DNA of 63,977 bases, filler included, from Basidiobolus ranarum (Eukaryota), in NCBI GenBank assembly GCA_040143965.1. It is 3 parts of 3 records of this genome, joined end to end, with 100 filler letters (N's around TTAATTAATTAA, not from the genome) between each part and the next. Parts side by side here need not be neighbours in the genome. Positions count along the whole stretch, not along the records: positions 21,549 to 42,969 come from JASJQH010000205.1; 2 more parts are not named here. The stretch is one strand, 5' to 3'. Both the position numbers and the translations under genes were made by a program. This document shows, piece after piece, positions 26,503 to 39,623 of this stretch; the first letter of the stretch is position 1; each line of letters starts with the position of its first letter. The notes beneath the pieces were generated by a model. The model did no database searches and was not told the DNA's origin. It was given only the letters and a program-made list of their open reading frames with translations.

Positions 26503-26699
26503 ATTTAGAATTACAGTGTTTATTTGCATACATTGTATGCTCAATCAATAAGACAACAAGTATTATTTTGCTGGGTAAATGACAACGGATAACTAATAGA
26601 ATAAAATCCACTCTATTTAAACCCACAATTGAATATATATATATATGAGTACACTTGGCCAGTCTTCGGTCAACATTTGAGTACTATTATAGTCAGTTA

Positions 26700-29600
26700 C
26701 TACTCGGCAAATTCGCTCGGGTTGCTACTGGTTTGCTTTTTGATCGACTCTAGTTTCTGAAAAGCGTGCAAAAATTGGTCCTTCTGTAACTCACGCAAAG
26801 ACTGTAAAGGGTATAAGATTAGCTTTAGATCATTCTCTGCCTAAACATGCAGGTGTTGTTCATCTTTTTGTAAAATCACTGTACCTCTAATAGCATGCGT
26901 GATCTAATTCCAGAATCCACTTGCTCTTCACGAGCTTCATTTTCAGCGCTCAATAGCTGGTTTTTCAATAGATCCTCCAAAGCTTTTTGATTATCTTTCC
27001 TTAACATTTCTCGTTGTTTAATGTCAATCTGTTGCTCTCTTCGGCCTTCTTCAATAGCCGATTTTTGAAGTTTTAGTGTGGTAAGGAAGAGATTATTCAG
27101 TGTCTAGAAAATGAATTCTTCGTGAGTTAAAGATCAACGACGAACTATACTAAATATGGTGTACCTTGGATTCCTCGCTCTGAATCCGCGCTTCTATACT
27201 TAATGCCTGTTGATCTAAATTGTCTTTCTCTTTGTGTAGTCTTGCCATTTGACTTTTGCGTTCACGAATGGATTGTTTCGCATAGAGTTTGGTCATCTGA
27301 CTGAGTTTGAGGATTGCCTAAATTTCCACAATTGAAAGTTAAATGACGAAGTACCAGTGAAAAATTGTAAACGAAGTGAGCATACGACTCGTCTTTCTTG
27401 TTCAATCTTCTTCTTGGTATGCTTTAATAATTCAGCATATTTACTAGTGTTCAGATTCTGCATTAAATCTATTAGCAAACTAGAGACTATTAGTCAAGAT
27501 CAAATGGGCCATTTACTTTGCTTTCGGAGCCTCCATGATGTGTGAATTTTTGGAAATAAGCTTTGTTCATTGATAATGTGTCGTAAAGATCATCGCTTTC
27601 TTGAGGTTCTAATCAAGTATATAACGTTGGTTTAATTCTGCGTTGGTGAAAGGACCTATACGTGAATTATTTCTATTATACGTCAAAATACAAACCTTGA
27701 GATTTCATCTTGCGCCACCCTTCTTGTCGTCTTACTTTTAGTTCCTTCACATAAGCCGAATCATCCGGTGTGACCAGTAGTTGTGGAGGTATTGGAATTT
27801 CACGATTAGAAGGTTTCTTAAACATGCGAACTAGTTAATACTTTTCTAACAAAGAAATCAACAAAAATCAGAGCTAACCTTTTTGGGCTTCGTAGCAGGA
27901 GGCTCTACCGTGTCAGTTTCATGTTTGGCTAAGTACTCTTCCATGTCGTCTTGAACTTTTAAGCGCTCCCCTGGCTTTCTCAATGGTATCCTTCTTTCTC
28001 CTTCCTTTCTCCCTTTGCGATGTTGTTGTAGGGTATCAGCCCAATCTTTCAAGTACTCTGACTCAAGCGATTTCTGGCTCTTATCCGAGGAACTATCGAG
28101 ATTCTTCCCATCAATGGAAGATATACAAGATTTCGGTTTTAATATTCGAAATTTTTCGTCTCTATAACTTGTGCTGTGATCAGTTTCGAAATTTGAAGAG
28201 GAATTACGTTTGAATTGGGAGAATTCTGAGTAGGAGTGATCTGTCTCTGGAGCAGCAGGACGAGAATAGTCACCAGAAGCATTGTACTTGTCGTCTACTT
28301 CAGTATCAGAGTGATAACTGCCTCGGCCACGGGAGAATGACCTTGATTTGGTTCCATAACCCTCGTCTGAGCCCAACCTTACTCCTGCAGTTTTAGGCTG
28401 ATAAGTGGATTGATTCACTGCATCATCGAATGACTTTCTGCTCTCGTTTACTTTAAGACCATAGTTACTTCCATTTCTAGATGCTTTCGATTGCGTGCGA
28501 TATGAAGGTTCATCTCGTTTATATGAATTCTTACTTTCTGATGTTGAGCTTTTTCTTGAGGCGGACGAAATGCTGACTTTATCCAATTGACTGAGTGATA
28601 GATCGCTTGATAACTCACTAGAGGGTATATCGATCCCTTCTTGGCGTAAATAATCTAGAATGGTTTCTAGTTTCGAGGTTTCGGAGATTCTTTCTCCATT
28701 TTTGGCACGTTCAATTAGCTGCTCTATCTCTTCCAAGATATAAGAATCGGTTGATTGTGAATTCATAGGAGAAGTATTGTTGTCCTGATTCGTAACTACA
28801 GTTGACTTTCCATTGGCAAAACTTTCGTGGCTCCATTTGCTAGTAGAGCTAATCTCTGTTGGCTCTTTTAGAACTGGTGCTGTGTCTGTGGTATTAAGGC
28901 TCGTAAGAAGACCGTCATTTGAATCGAACAGAGATTGCGTGTTTATATCAGCACTATCTAATAAAAAGGAGGATAACCTCCTATCGTTGGGTTGAGATGA
29001 GCGAGTTATGGGAGTACTTGAGACTAGATCATTACCAAAAGAAAGTAAGCTAGAATCCGAGGTTACATCGCTGGAATCAATAAGACTCTTGAATTTCGAT
29101 CCCAGTATAGAGTCATTAGAATTATTCTCAGTTAGTTCGTCGATGTACTTTTTCAAAATCTGTCGAATTTGAGTCGAGCTTAGGTTTGACGTAAAACTAA
29201 GATCCGATTCCGTACTAGTCGCACCCAAGAAAGACTCTTGACTAGTACTTTCCTCTTTTTCAATACTATTCAATAGCTGACTATCAATTAATTTGACTAT
29301 CTCCACAAATATCTCCAAAAGGTCCAAGATGCTATCTTCATCACCGTTACAGATTAATTGTGGTTTCAGGTGGGGTAATTCGGCCTCTAAAACCTCTTTT
29401 TCCAAACGTTGAAGAATCATCTTTAAATTATACACATGGTCTGCTAAATTATTTGCTTGACGTTTGATTTCCGGAATTCTTATATCGAATATAGCTTCAT
29501 ACAAAATAATCCATAGAGTAGGTGTACAATCAGATAAGCTTCTTAAACGAATTGGAATGGCGTAGCGTCGAAGAACTCTATTTGCTGAGATGAGGGAAGC

Positions 29601-29760
29601 TAGAAAGGATCAAAAAACTAAGTATTTGTTTCGTCAGAATGGCAAAGATTGTGGATATATTGACTGAACACTGAAAAGAAATAAGTAAACTACCGGAGAT
29701 GCGTTGTGGTTTCGGGGTGAATAATTGGTTCTGATTTTGAAAACGAATTGGTGTAGCCAT
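26700..29760 (-). CDS. CEP95-like (DUF5745 CH-like domain) coiled-coil protein, multi-exon
   Basis: N-terminal LSDCTPTLWIILYEAIFDIRIPEI..NLKMILQRLEKEVLEAELPHLKPQLICNGDEDSILDLLEIF, a long Ser-rich middle and charged coiled-coil exons at 26700-27480. Confidence 0.65.
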
Positions 29761-30587
29761 GTTGAGCACTTTGCTACTTTGAAGGCAGCAACGGCTGATT
29801 GATAAGTATACTTTTCCTAAACAGCTAAATTGTCTCACCAATTATACGTGACTGGGAATACAATCATTGTTTACCAAAAACAAATCCAAATTTCGAATGG
29901 TTTTCAGAATATCGAGCTTGGTTTACAAAAATTCTACAATCAATTTATTCAAAAGAAGTTGCTTGGATTGCCTCGTTGCTAACAACCTCCACAAGCTCTC
30001 ACCCGGGTATTCTTGGAAAAGCTCACATAATACTATAGACAGAGAAGAAAGAGAAACAAGCCAAATTCTATTTAAAACGGGATTTTACGCTTAGCCATGT
30101 TGAAAGTATGAAAGTGACTGGTTCGAGCACACTCTCTTATTAAACGCCCGATCAATTCGACGCTTAAACCATAAACATGCAACTGAGCAACGAGTGTGAG
30201 TATGATAAGGCCGCAATGGAGATTTAAATTCGAACAGTAGTCAGAATTCAGATCGCCTTTATTGCTACCAACTCATCGATCGAGATGCTGAAGCATGCCG
30301 AAGAGAAAAGCTACTTTCTGGCATTGATTCGAGCAGTCGTTCAGGCTGTCTAGAAACATAGATAAACCCCCTATTACGATGAAAGCAGCCATGCATTACA
30401 CATTTGCGATATATTATAGCATCGCTCGGATAAATAATTTTGCATCATGGACACAAATGGAGATTACTCTCTTGTCAACTTGACCGGAATTTCCATTTAA
30501 ACTCTTCGCCTGTCATCACTATTTAGTTGAAGAAACCAAAGTAATCGTTCGTTTTTGTTCTCGTTCATTAGCAACTGTAAAAGGAAA

Positions 30588-31157
30588 ATGTTCACGGTGA
30601 TCCCATGTTTCTCCAAGGTAGGCATAGATTTTGAAGAAGAAATAAGACCCACATCGAACTATCGCAAAGCATATCGGTTTATTACTTTGTCTGAACCTCA
30701 ATCACCACCTGTACTTCCAGATATTCCCCTCACCAGCCCCATCAAACTTGATCTTATTATTCCTCCTTTAGAAGAGATTCGCTACGAAGATAGAGTTAGG
30801 AATGTGCCTTTACGACGTCGTTCTTCAATGCGTAAAAAAGTTGAACGGGTAAAGCAGATGGAAAATCAGTTGAGTGTACCCAGCGTTCATCGAAGATCCG
30901 AGTCAAACCCTGAAGGGATGACCAAATCAACCCGGGCTTGGAATAGTTGGTGTGCATCCGACAGCCGGGAATTGTTCTTCTTAGAGGAAGATAAAACCGC
31001 TACATTCTACTCGCACAAGGAAAATTTTGGCTGCAACTCCCCCACCAGTGCCATCAGCGGAAAGTTCATGGCCTTTGAAGAGTTATTGACTAAACGTGAG
31101 GATTGCGGAGACGAAATCACCATCAAAATTTCCTTGACACCCTCACTCTTGAAATGA
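30588..31157 (+). CDS. Hypothetical protein
   Basis: About 189-aa ATG-initiated ORF with protein-like composition, ending FEELL..TIKISLTPSLLK. No family recognised with confidence. Confidence 0.65.
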   Translation: MFTVIPCFSKVGIDFEEEIRPTSNYRKAYRFITLSEPQSPPVLPDIPLTSPIKLDLIIPPLEEIRYEDRVRNVPLRRRSSMRKKVERVKQMENQLSVPSVHRRSESNPEGMTKSTRAWNSWCASDSRELFFLEEDKTATFYSHKENFGCNSPTSAISGKFMAFEELLTKREDCGDEITIKISLTPSLLK

Positions 31158-31784
31158 ACACCTACCATTCTATCTAATATAATATTCTTTATTCGATAAA
31201 TTAATCGTTGATTCCGTTTCCGTTAACGCACTGTTTATTTTATGTTATCACTCCACACAGATAGCTAATTACCAGCATGACCATTCACTAGACTCTGTAA
31301 TTTCTTCTTCAATATACATTTCATTTGGACCAAGATGCCCGAGGTTTGATGCCCGAGAGTTGTGCATTTATTTAAGCATTGACATGAATATGAATCCTTG
31401 ATACTAAGGAAATATGGGAAACAATAGGAAACCATGGGAAAATACTGAGAATGCACCGAGAATGGTGGATTGTGGACAATTAATTAAATGGGAAAAGGGT
31501 CAAACCAAGCAAATGGATCATACGAGACAATCATGGACAATACTGTTGTAGCAAGCATGCACCTCTGATCGAGAAGAATAGGAATCAATGTGTTGATAAT
31601 AGAGTACCAAACGAATGTAAGTGCACAATGAAGCCTTCAGAATGTAGATTTTTCCATTGGATTCCTATTTAACGATCCCTGCTGCTTCTTATCCACATAA
31701 TAATTATTTCCTTGCCTTGCTCTTGCTTTCGCTCCCAAAATTTCCAAGGACTAACCTCTCTTTAGATTCGACTGGCACTGCCTA

Positions 31785-33098
31785 ATGTCTCCACCAGTTA
31801 CAAGAATCGATACAGAAGTAGTCAAGTTAGCCCCTCTGATATCCACAGCAAGCATAGATGCTTTTGAAAAACACTCCGACAAGAAGCGCTGGTTCACAGT
31901 CACTGTGATACCCGCGGACCTTGACCAAGAAGGAGATGCTAGAAAAGCTTACTCCATCTATCGAACTCAAGAGCATTTTGTTCAATTATCCACCAAGTTA
32001 CATAGAACCTTTGCTAGTCAGCAGATAGATATTCCTGAATTGCAGTTACCTCAGCGCACATTCTTAGTATTATCTCCATCTGGAGCAAAGGTTTGTGCCA
32101 AGCTAAACACATATGTCCAAAACTTGTTTCAATATCCTACCTATGTTGCAGCTTCCTCCATGGTCTTGGAGTTCTTTGGTGTATGGAGGAGTGATATTGA
32201 ACATGTACACAAGCATTTTGACGATGATGACTACTACAGGATAGACTCTGCCATAGATATAAGTGAAAAGATAGATTTTGAGCTCAATTCAAACCAATCT
32301 ACTCCAACCAGTCCCAAATCACCCTTCTCTCCGAATTTAGCACCACAACCACTGCTACAAAAGAAATCTTCCTTTCATTCTGGCTTGATGAAGAAATACA
32401 AACCGTTGGGTAGGAGTGGTACTTTGATCACTCCTGATGTAGCACAAGACAACCGACCAAACTTGCGTCGGTCCAAGAGTGCCATGTTAAATCGAAAAGG
32501 CAGTCAAGCACCTTGGAATCGAGTTAAAAGAGATATGAAACCTGTGGAATCCGAGCATCGCACTGCGATCATTGCTCCTTGGAATTTACACTACATTGAA
32601 CCAGATAAAGTTCGTGATTTGCTCCCCACTCTTCCAACTCCCAGTTCACCATATTTGGGGTCTGACCCAGCGAGTGATTCTCCAGTAAGCCTCTCTAGAT
32701 CTAATACACTTCGTAGAGCGGGAACAATCTCTCGTATTGATAGTTGTCGATCGACAACACGTACTCTTCGTAAAACCACTTCAACAAATTCCCTTTCTGC
32801 TGCAGCTAGAAGAGATACGGAACCCATAGCGTTCCTTAAAGTTAAAGTTGTCTTAGATGAAGAAACCATAGTTATCCTACGTATTCATCGTACCATTAGT
32901 TTTGAAGATTTACAGTGTCGAATCTTACTGAAGCTTCGTACTTGTGGTAAGCAGTTTGATGATTTGGATAGTAGAACTTTGATCTTTAGGTTGAGTGACT
33001 CTAAGGCATTTTTGGTGACTGGTGAAAAGGAGCTAAATAGTGCTTTAAGTCATGGAACTGACAGAGTTACTTTTTACTTCATTCAAGTTGACAATTAG
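31785..33098 (+). CDS. PX domain plus C-terminal PB1 domain protein
   Basis: PX: WFTVTV..YSIYRTQEHFVQLSTKLHRTF..IPELQLP..KLNTYVQNLFQYPTYVAASSMVLEFF. PB1: LKVKVVLDEETIVILRIHRTISFEDLQCRILLKL..VTGEKELNSAL. Confidence 0.82.
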   Translation: MSPPVTRIDTEVVKLAPLISTASIDAFEKHSDKKRWFTVTVIPADLDQEGDARKAYSIYRTQEHFVQLSTKLHRTFASQQIDIPELQLPQRTFLVLSPSGAKVCAKLNTYVQNLFQYPTYVAASSMVLEFFGVWRSDIEHVHKHFDDDDYYRIDSAIDISEKIDFELNSNQSTPTSPKSPFSPNLAPQPLLQKKSSFHSGLMKKYKPLGRSGTLITPDVAQDNRPNLRRSKSAMLNRKGSQAPWNRVKRDMKPVESEHRTAIIAPWNLHYIEPDKVRDLLPTLPTPSSPYLGSDPASDSPVSLSRSNTLRRAGTISRIDSCRSTTRTLRKTTSTNSLSAAARRDTEPIAFLKVKVVLDEETIVILRIHRTISFEDLQCRILLKLRTCGKQFDDLDSRTLIFRLSDSKAFLVTGEKELNSALSHGTDRVTFYFIQVDN

Positions 33099-33584
33099 GT
33101 TTTCTATTATGGGAACTGGAAAAAACTCTTCCTATTTTAGTCATAATGTCAAGCCTTCTATTATTTCACTTTTTCATCAACCAAATCCAACGTTTTTCAA
33201 CACCTAGCTCTGTCCTTTCATATACATTTCCAAGTGAATTGACTATACATTGAAGGAAAGGAAAGGTTGACCTAATTGTTACACATGTTGCCATTATATT
33301 GCCACCTCAAGTACCTGACGAGAAGTTCCATTTCAAATTGATAAAGCCATTATGTGTAATAGTTTCGGCCAATAGTTGGTTATTTTTGAGAGAGCATGTT
33401 TGTACTGCGAGAAAGTCAGGTAGCTTTAGTAAAGTCAGATGTAGATAAAATCATCACGATTGGATCAATCCGTGATTATATAAGAAAAAAAGTTACTCAG
33501 GAATTAGGGAGGGTTATAAACTGCTGGTATGCCTTACGCAACACTTCTCCCCCCGACAATTTTGTTGTGTAAGCAAAGAGTAGA

Positions 33585-34870
33585 ATGGACACTCTTATTT
33601 TGCGCGGAACTCTTGAAGGTTGGTCTCAGTGATTCTTTTATGTTGTAGTCCATTTTACTGTTATCTTTCCTTTATCCACGCATGGATGGATGGATTGGGC
33701 ATGTTATTAATGGATAATGATCCTTATCACTGTGATTAGTTTGAACTGAACGACAGTTGGTTTACTATGACAGGTCACACCGGATGGGTCACTGCCATCG
33801 CCACAACTCCTGAAAACCCTGACCTGGTTTTGTCTTCTTCCCGTGACAAGTCGGTCATCATCTGGCACTTGACCCGTGATGAATCCAACTACGGTGTCCC
33901 TCGTAAGGCCCTTCACGGACACAACCACTTTGTTTCTGACGTTGCTATCTCCTCCGATGGCCAATTCGCTCTCACTGCTTCCTGGGATAAAACCCTTCGT
34001 TTGTGGGATTTAAACACTGGAGCCACCACTCGCAGATTTGTTGGTCACGATAAAGATGTCTTGTCTGTATCCTTCTCTGCCGACAACCGTCAAATTGTAT
34101 CTGGTTCCCGTGATAAGAGCATCAAGTTGTGGAATACTCTTGGTGAATGCAAGTACAACCTCACCGAGAACGGTCACTCCGAATGGGTTTCTTGCGTAAG
34201 ATTCTCCCCCAACCCCGCCAACCCTGTTATCGTCTCCGCCGGATGGGATAAACTTGTCAAGGTAATTTATCCACCATCAAGTTCAACGTTAATTCGGGTG
34301 TACATGATGTTTGAATATATTTGCTACTTCAGAGGCACCATCTATGCCAATGAGACAAACTTTCACCATTTTTTCTGATCAACCACCCCAATCACCAACA
34401 AGTCTCATTCATCAATAGAACCCTTTACTAATCCACCCTTTTCATAGGTTTGGGATCTCACCAAGTGCAAGATTCGTACCAACCACATTGGTCACACCGG
34501 TTACGTTAACACCTTGACTATCTCACCCGATGGTTCTCTCTGTGCCACCGGTGGTAAGGATGGCGTGGTTATGTTGTGGGATCTTAACGATGGCAAGCAT
34601 TTGTACTCTCTTGAAGCCAACGATGAGATCAATGCCTTGATGTTCTCTCCCAACCGTTACTGGCTTTGCGCTGCCACCTCCTCCGGCATCAAGATCTGGG
34701 ATTTGGAATCGAAATCCATTGTTGACGAACTTCGTCCCGAATTTGTTGGTGTTGGTCGTAGATCTGCTGATCCTCAATGTGTTTCCCTTGCTTGGTCTGC
34801 AGATGGAAATACTTTGTTCTCTGGTTATACTGATAATCTTATCCGTGTTTGGCAAGTTATCAGAGCTTAA
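33585..34870 (+). CDS. ASC1: RACK1/Asc1/Cpc2 40S ribosomal WD40 protein, 3 exons
   Basis: [73 protein letters not shown]. Introns 33620-33773 and 34262-34447. Strongly biased codon usage. Confidence 0.97.
34296..34388 (+). ncRNA. SNR24: Intronic box C/D snoRNA U24 (snR24) homolog
   Basis: In RACK1 intron 2: box C ATGATGT (34304), guide ATATTTGCTACT plus D' CAGA, C'-like ATGAGA, box D CTGA (34375-34378), flanking stem GGGTG/CACCC. Yeast U24 is also encoded in the ASC1 intron and, as recalled, shares AUAUUUGCUACUUCAGA. Confidence 0.88.
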
Positions 34871-35283
34871 ATTCCCCCCTCCTCTCTTGAATTTAAGATT
34901 ATGTAAAAAACTCACCCATTCAGTTGATTTTCTCAATAAAACCACTTTCCACTTTCAGCATATGAATTATTAAGGTGTAAGTTATGAGCTATCTACGTCA
35001 AATTGACTATTATGCGGGAAATTGCTCGGAGGTAGAATCGATTATAGTTTACTTTCATAATTAGCGAATGAAATATGTTACATGACAGAACAGCTGAGGA
35101 TGATGGGTTGAGTGAATGGTAAATGGTGAATGATTCGCAGATATGTATGTATATGAAGGGTGAGGTAGTAGAAGGGTGAGGGTAGGTAGATTAGTAAATA
35201 AAGAATAGAAGATATATGTATACAACTCATAGATATTGGAAGTAGTCACACTATATCCAGTATATGAAAACAACAGCTCTCAG

Positions 35284-38024
35284 TTACAATTTAAGATTGC
35301 TCAAAACCTTGGTACAGGCTTCGCGATATTCCCAAGGATGACCTGTAAGACGTCTAAACTGAAGCCCATGAAGGCCCAACAACAATGGGATCTTGACGAT
35401 CTGAATTTCGAATCGTACGGCCTTCCCACGATTAGCTATTTCATCAAATTCATCTTCACTATCATTCCCTGCGCTGCTAGTAGGACTAACGGGAATCTCT
35501 TCGTTAGAACTACTTTCGAATAACGTCGGGACCGTAAGAGAGCTCATTGGAGGGTTGGGGGTATCAGCGGGCTTATTGACGGATGGGTCCACTTGAACAC
35601 ATTCAAAATAGCCACGTCCCTCTCTCCATACTATTTGTAATTTATCCAAAACTCTTACGATATCTGCTCGAATGGAAGTCACCTTCTTCGTACTAGTAGT
35701 GGATACCGAGAACAATCCCTTGAGAAATACTGGCTTTGTGTAGGAATCAGCTCTATTTCGGTCTTTGCTAGAAATGTACGATTTGTTTATATCCGAGATG
35801 GGAGCTCTAGGTTCTGGCGAGGGTTCTACTTTAAGTGGGGATGGAGTACTACCCAAACGAACAAGAGGAGGTCTGGTTTTAACTCGTGTACTGGAAGAAT
35901 CAGACTCAGTTTCGTTGATACGATTAGCTTCTCTCAAGCTTCCTACTCGGGTTGGAACATTAGAGTATCTACTCAACTGATCGTTTCTTCTCCGATCGAA
36001 TTTCATTTCACTAGGGAAGTCATCAGTATTGGTTGGATTTTTCGGGGTGAATACTGATTTACTTCGACCAACACCACGTTTAGCAGTATTCGATTTCGGA
36101 TCATTTGGAGACTCTTCATCTGATGTTCCTTGCTTAGAACGACGCTTACTACTCTTACTAGGACGTAGGGCTTGACTGAGTCTTCGGAAAACTCCCTTCT
36201 TGGTTTTACTTGCTACTTTTTTGATGGAATTATTCTTGTGAATTGAAAGCTCTGCCATTTCTGGGACCAGGTCTTCTGAGTCCCCATCACTTCCGGCAAT
36301 GTGAGCTCGTGCCGCAGCCCGTTCAACGCGTTCAGCATGGGATAAACGATTAAGCTCTGCCTGCTTTTCCAAATCGGTAGTAACTGAAGTTGAGGTAGGA
36401 GTTAGTGAAAGTTCCAATTGGATTGGATCTGGGTTTCGACTTCCGAAAGAATCTGTAGAGGAGCCAAAGTTAGACTCTCTACCCTCACGATCGAATTTTT
36501 CTTTAACTAGATAATATATGGAAACCAATGGGCTTAGAAATCTATTTAATGTGTCTAATCGGGCTGCTTCTTGATACGCTTCTGATGAAATAATCGTCTC
36601 TAATTTTTTCACTATCTCTTCTGATTCTCCAAATTGGAAGCCTGTCATTTTTTGGATGATTTCTGGATCGAGAGGGAGTTGAATTGGAGTACGATGGGGG
36701 ACATAGCTGTCTGGAGGTCCATTGTAACCCTTGACCATCCAAGGATGTTGCAATACTTCCTGCAAAGTGGCACGCTCCGAAGGGTTGATCATAAGTATAC
36801 GCGAAAGCAAGTTCTTAGATTCTAGATTATTCACGCGAAATATCTCATGTTAGCATAGGAACAATAGCAAAGAACGAATCTTCCCAACTTACCCTTACTA
36901 AGCCACGGTGGGTAGTCGACATGGCCCCTCTTAATCTTGGCATGCAAAGCAGGCATACTTTTATCATCGAATGGTACCTTACCGCAGAGCAAGACATAGA
37001 TAACAATACCCAAACTCCATATATCCACCTCTGGACCAGTATACGCTCGGGCATGCAATAACTCTGGAGCAGCGAAATAAAGAGAACCACAAAAGGTAGA
37101 CAATTGTGATTTGGTAGAATACACATTAGATAAACCAAAATCGATCAATTTGATAGCACCATCCGAGGAAATTAAGATATTTTCGATTTTTAGATCTAGA
37201 AGAATTCCAAAAAAAGTATTCAATGGATGTTTCAAGAACCAATCCAATTCGTTAACCACTTACCTCGATGTACGATAGAATTACGATGGCAGTAATCTGT
37301 TAAGTAAATTGAATCTCTTGAATACACTGTGAATATTTCAAACTGGTAAATAATCTTACCTAGAGCTGAGCAAAGTTGACGCGCGAAAACACGAGCATGC
37401 TTTTCGCGAAGTCTTCCATGACTAATGATATAATCCAAAAGTTGTCCACCACTAACATATTCAAGAAAGAGGTAATAATTGTTGGTATGCGTAGTCATCT
37501 CCTTCAACTTTGCGATATGAGGATGATTGAGAAGGGACATGATAGAGGCCTCTCGAATAACACGCGTTTCCTTATTCTCATCGTTATCAGTAGCACTGCG
37601 TTGGCGGTTTGGATCTCGAGAGGATCTTTTGTGTATAATTTTAACTGCAATCTATACATAAACGTTTTAGAAACAAGTTGAAAGAGGGAATTTCTTGAAT
37701 GTATCAAAAATTTACCTTTTCGCCTGTAGTTTGATGAACTCCCAATTTAACTTTACCCATACTACCAGCACCTAAAGTTTTCGTGAGTTGATAGTTTCCA
37801 ACCCGACGTCTTGGTCTGGGTTGTCGTTCACTGATGACCGGCAATTCAGGTTCAGGTAAAATATTCGCCTCGACATAGGGTCGATTCGGTTGAAACTTGG
37901 GTGTACCTGCTGGTGTAGGTAAACCCTTCGAGTTGGGATTCTCGGTTACAATTGTGAGTGGTGGGTTCATTAGATTTTTTCTAGGTAATGGTCGGACTTC
38001 TTTAATGTTGTACTTTAAACCCAT
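35284..38024 (-). CDS. KIN1: Kin1/Par-1/MARK Ser/Thr kinase with KA1 domain, multi-exon
   Basis: [87 protein letters not shown]1 [29 protein letters not shown]. Confidence 0.95.
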
Positions 38025-39623
38025 AAAATCGGGTTTTATTGTCAGACTATGGTGGCGTTGTGTATAATATTTTCACAGGGGCGATAAACGTGGTGGGAAA
38101 GAAAGCTTTTTACACCGAAAAAAGTATAAGAAATAGTAGCGAATTCCAGATATCACCAAGTGACTGCAATTATATGAAATATAAAATCTAAGCACAAAGA
38201 AGGGAAAACGTTCGAAAAAGTTCATCAGAACATCTAGTGGGATTATATAACAGTCGCAAGCAATAATATTCCAATCTTAGAAATTTGGTATATAAATGAA
38301 TTTTTATTGATCGATAAATACATTCCATATATTGACAATTCCATAGATAACCTCGAACTGGTAGTTGGTATTTTTATACATTGGGATTTGGATAGATTTA
38401 GCATAAAAGAATTAGTGAACCTATTCCCCAATACAATGTGGAATGGCGAACTCGAGTGAGCATTCCAGATTTTGTATCACACCCAACAAATCACCGTCTC
38501 TCATTCCGCTCTGCCTCTTCTCGGATTGGGTGACTCCTTTGCTGATCTACAAATGGCATCTACCCCTGCTATAAAACACATGTTTGTCTTGACTTGTGTC
38601 ACGTTGAAACACTCTGTGGTTCCAATACACAAAAGAATAAACTTTCGCTTTGACGTCAGTGTAACATACTGAGTAACCAATGAATATAACCATGGTTTAT
38701 GTAGCAGTAAACTAAGTTCGGAGAATTTTGGAAATGTGCATCTCGGAAGACCCTTCTAGGCCAGAGAGAATGAATAGCAGGCCTCGGTCCAAAAATCGAA
38801 GTGAATATATCTTAGCTGTTACGGAACCTAAATGTTGGCCAATTGTTTGGATTCTCCTAAAGTAAAGACGCCCAAATCACGCCCTGAGTCAACTGGTAGA
38901 TAATGGATTGACACGGTGGGTAATTAGGAGTGTAGAGCAGCGGATTAAGACCATCGATTTCAACATATCACTGAGTTCAGTAACACAATGTTGCGCTCAA
39001 GATCAAGGAGCTTCTATCATGAGTTGAACCTAAGCCATATCAGGGCCATAGAGCATATCGTAGTAGAACGAAATTACACAGTTTCTCGCAATTTACCTAA
39101 ACTTACAGTGGTTATTGATTCGTTGCTAAAGTAAAATCTATTGATAGAATGCCAAATTAATCTTAATTAGTCACCTATCGCCTTTTTCTTGGCATAATAT
39201 GAATGGTGGCTTTCTTGTCAACAAAGCGCCAACAATCGATGATGTAGTAAATGCCGGTATTTTATTTCAGCAGAAAGTTCTTGATTCACCATAATATTTC
39301 ATGATTTTACTTAAGATATAGTATCTCTTCTATCATTGGTATGTGTAAAGAAGTTTAACATCCAAATCTCAAACCAGTCAGTATCACTACCAAAATAGCA
39401 CTTATAAGCATGGATTCTCTTGACCAACGAAAATGCCATATCTGATTATATATTACTGAGAGATCCAATAATTCCCTGATTGCTCGATTGCTTTTGATAA
39501 TGCATGATTCGGTAAATGTTGAGCCAGTTCGCATTTTACTAATTTTGGAGGAGAAAGTGGCTGACCTAATGGATGTTGGTCACAGCAAATGTATAGAAGA
39601 GTCGCAGATTTTGGAAGTGATGA

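Noticed and set aside
34523-34945. 140-aa antisense ORF over RACK1, and similar shadow ORFs over the HCP, IDO, Kin1 and PX-PB1 genes
   Set aside because: Explained by the codon bias of the sense gene; no recognisable motifs.
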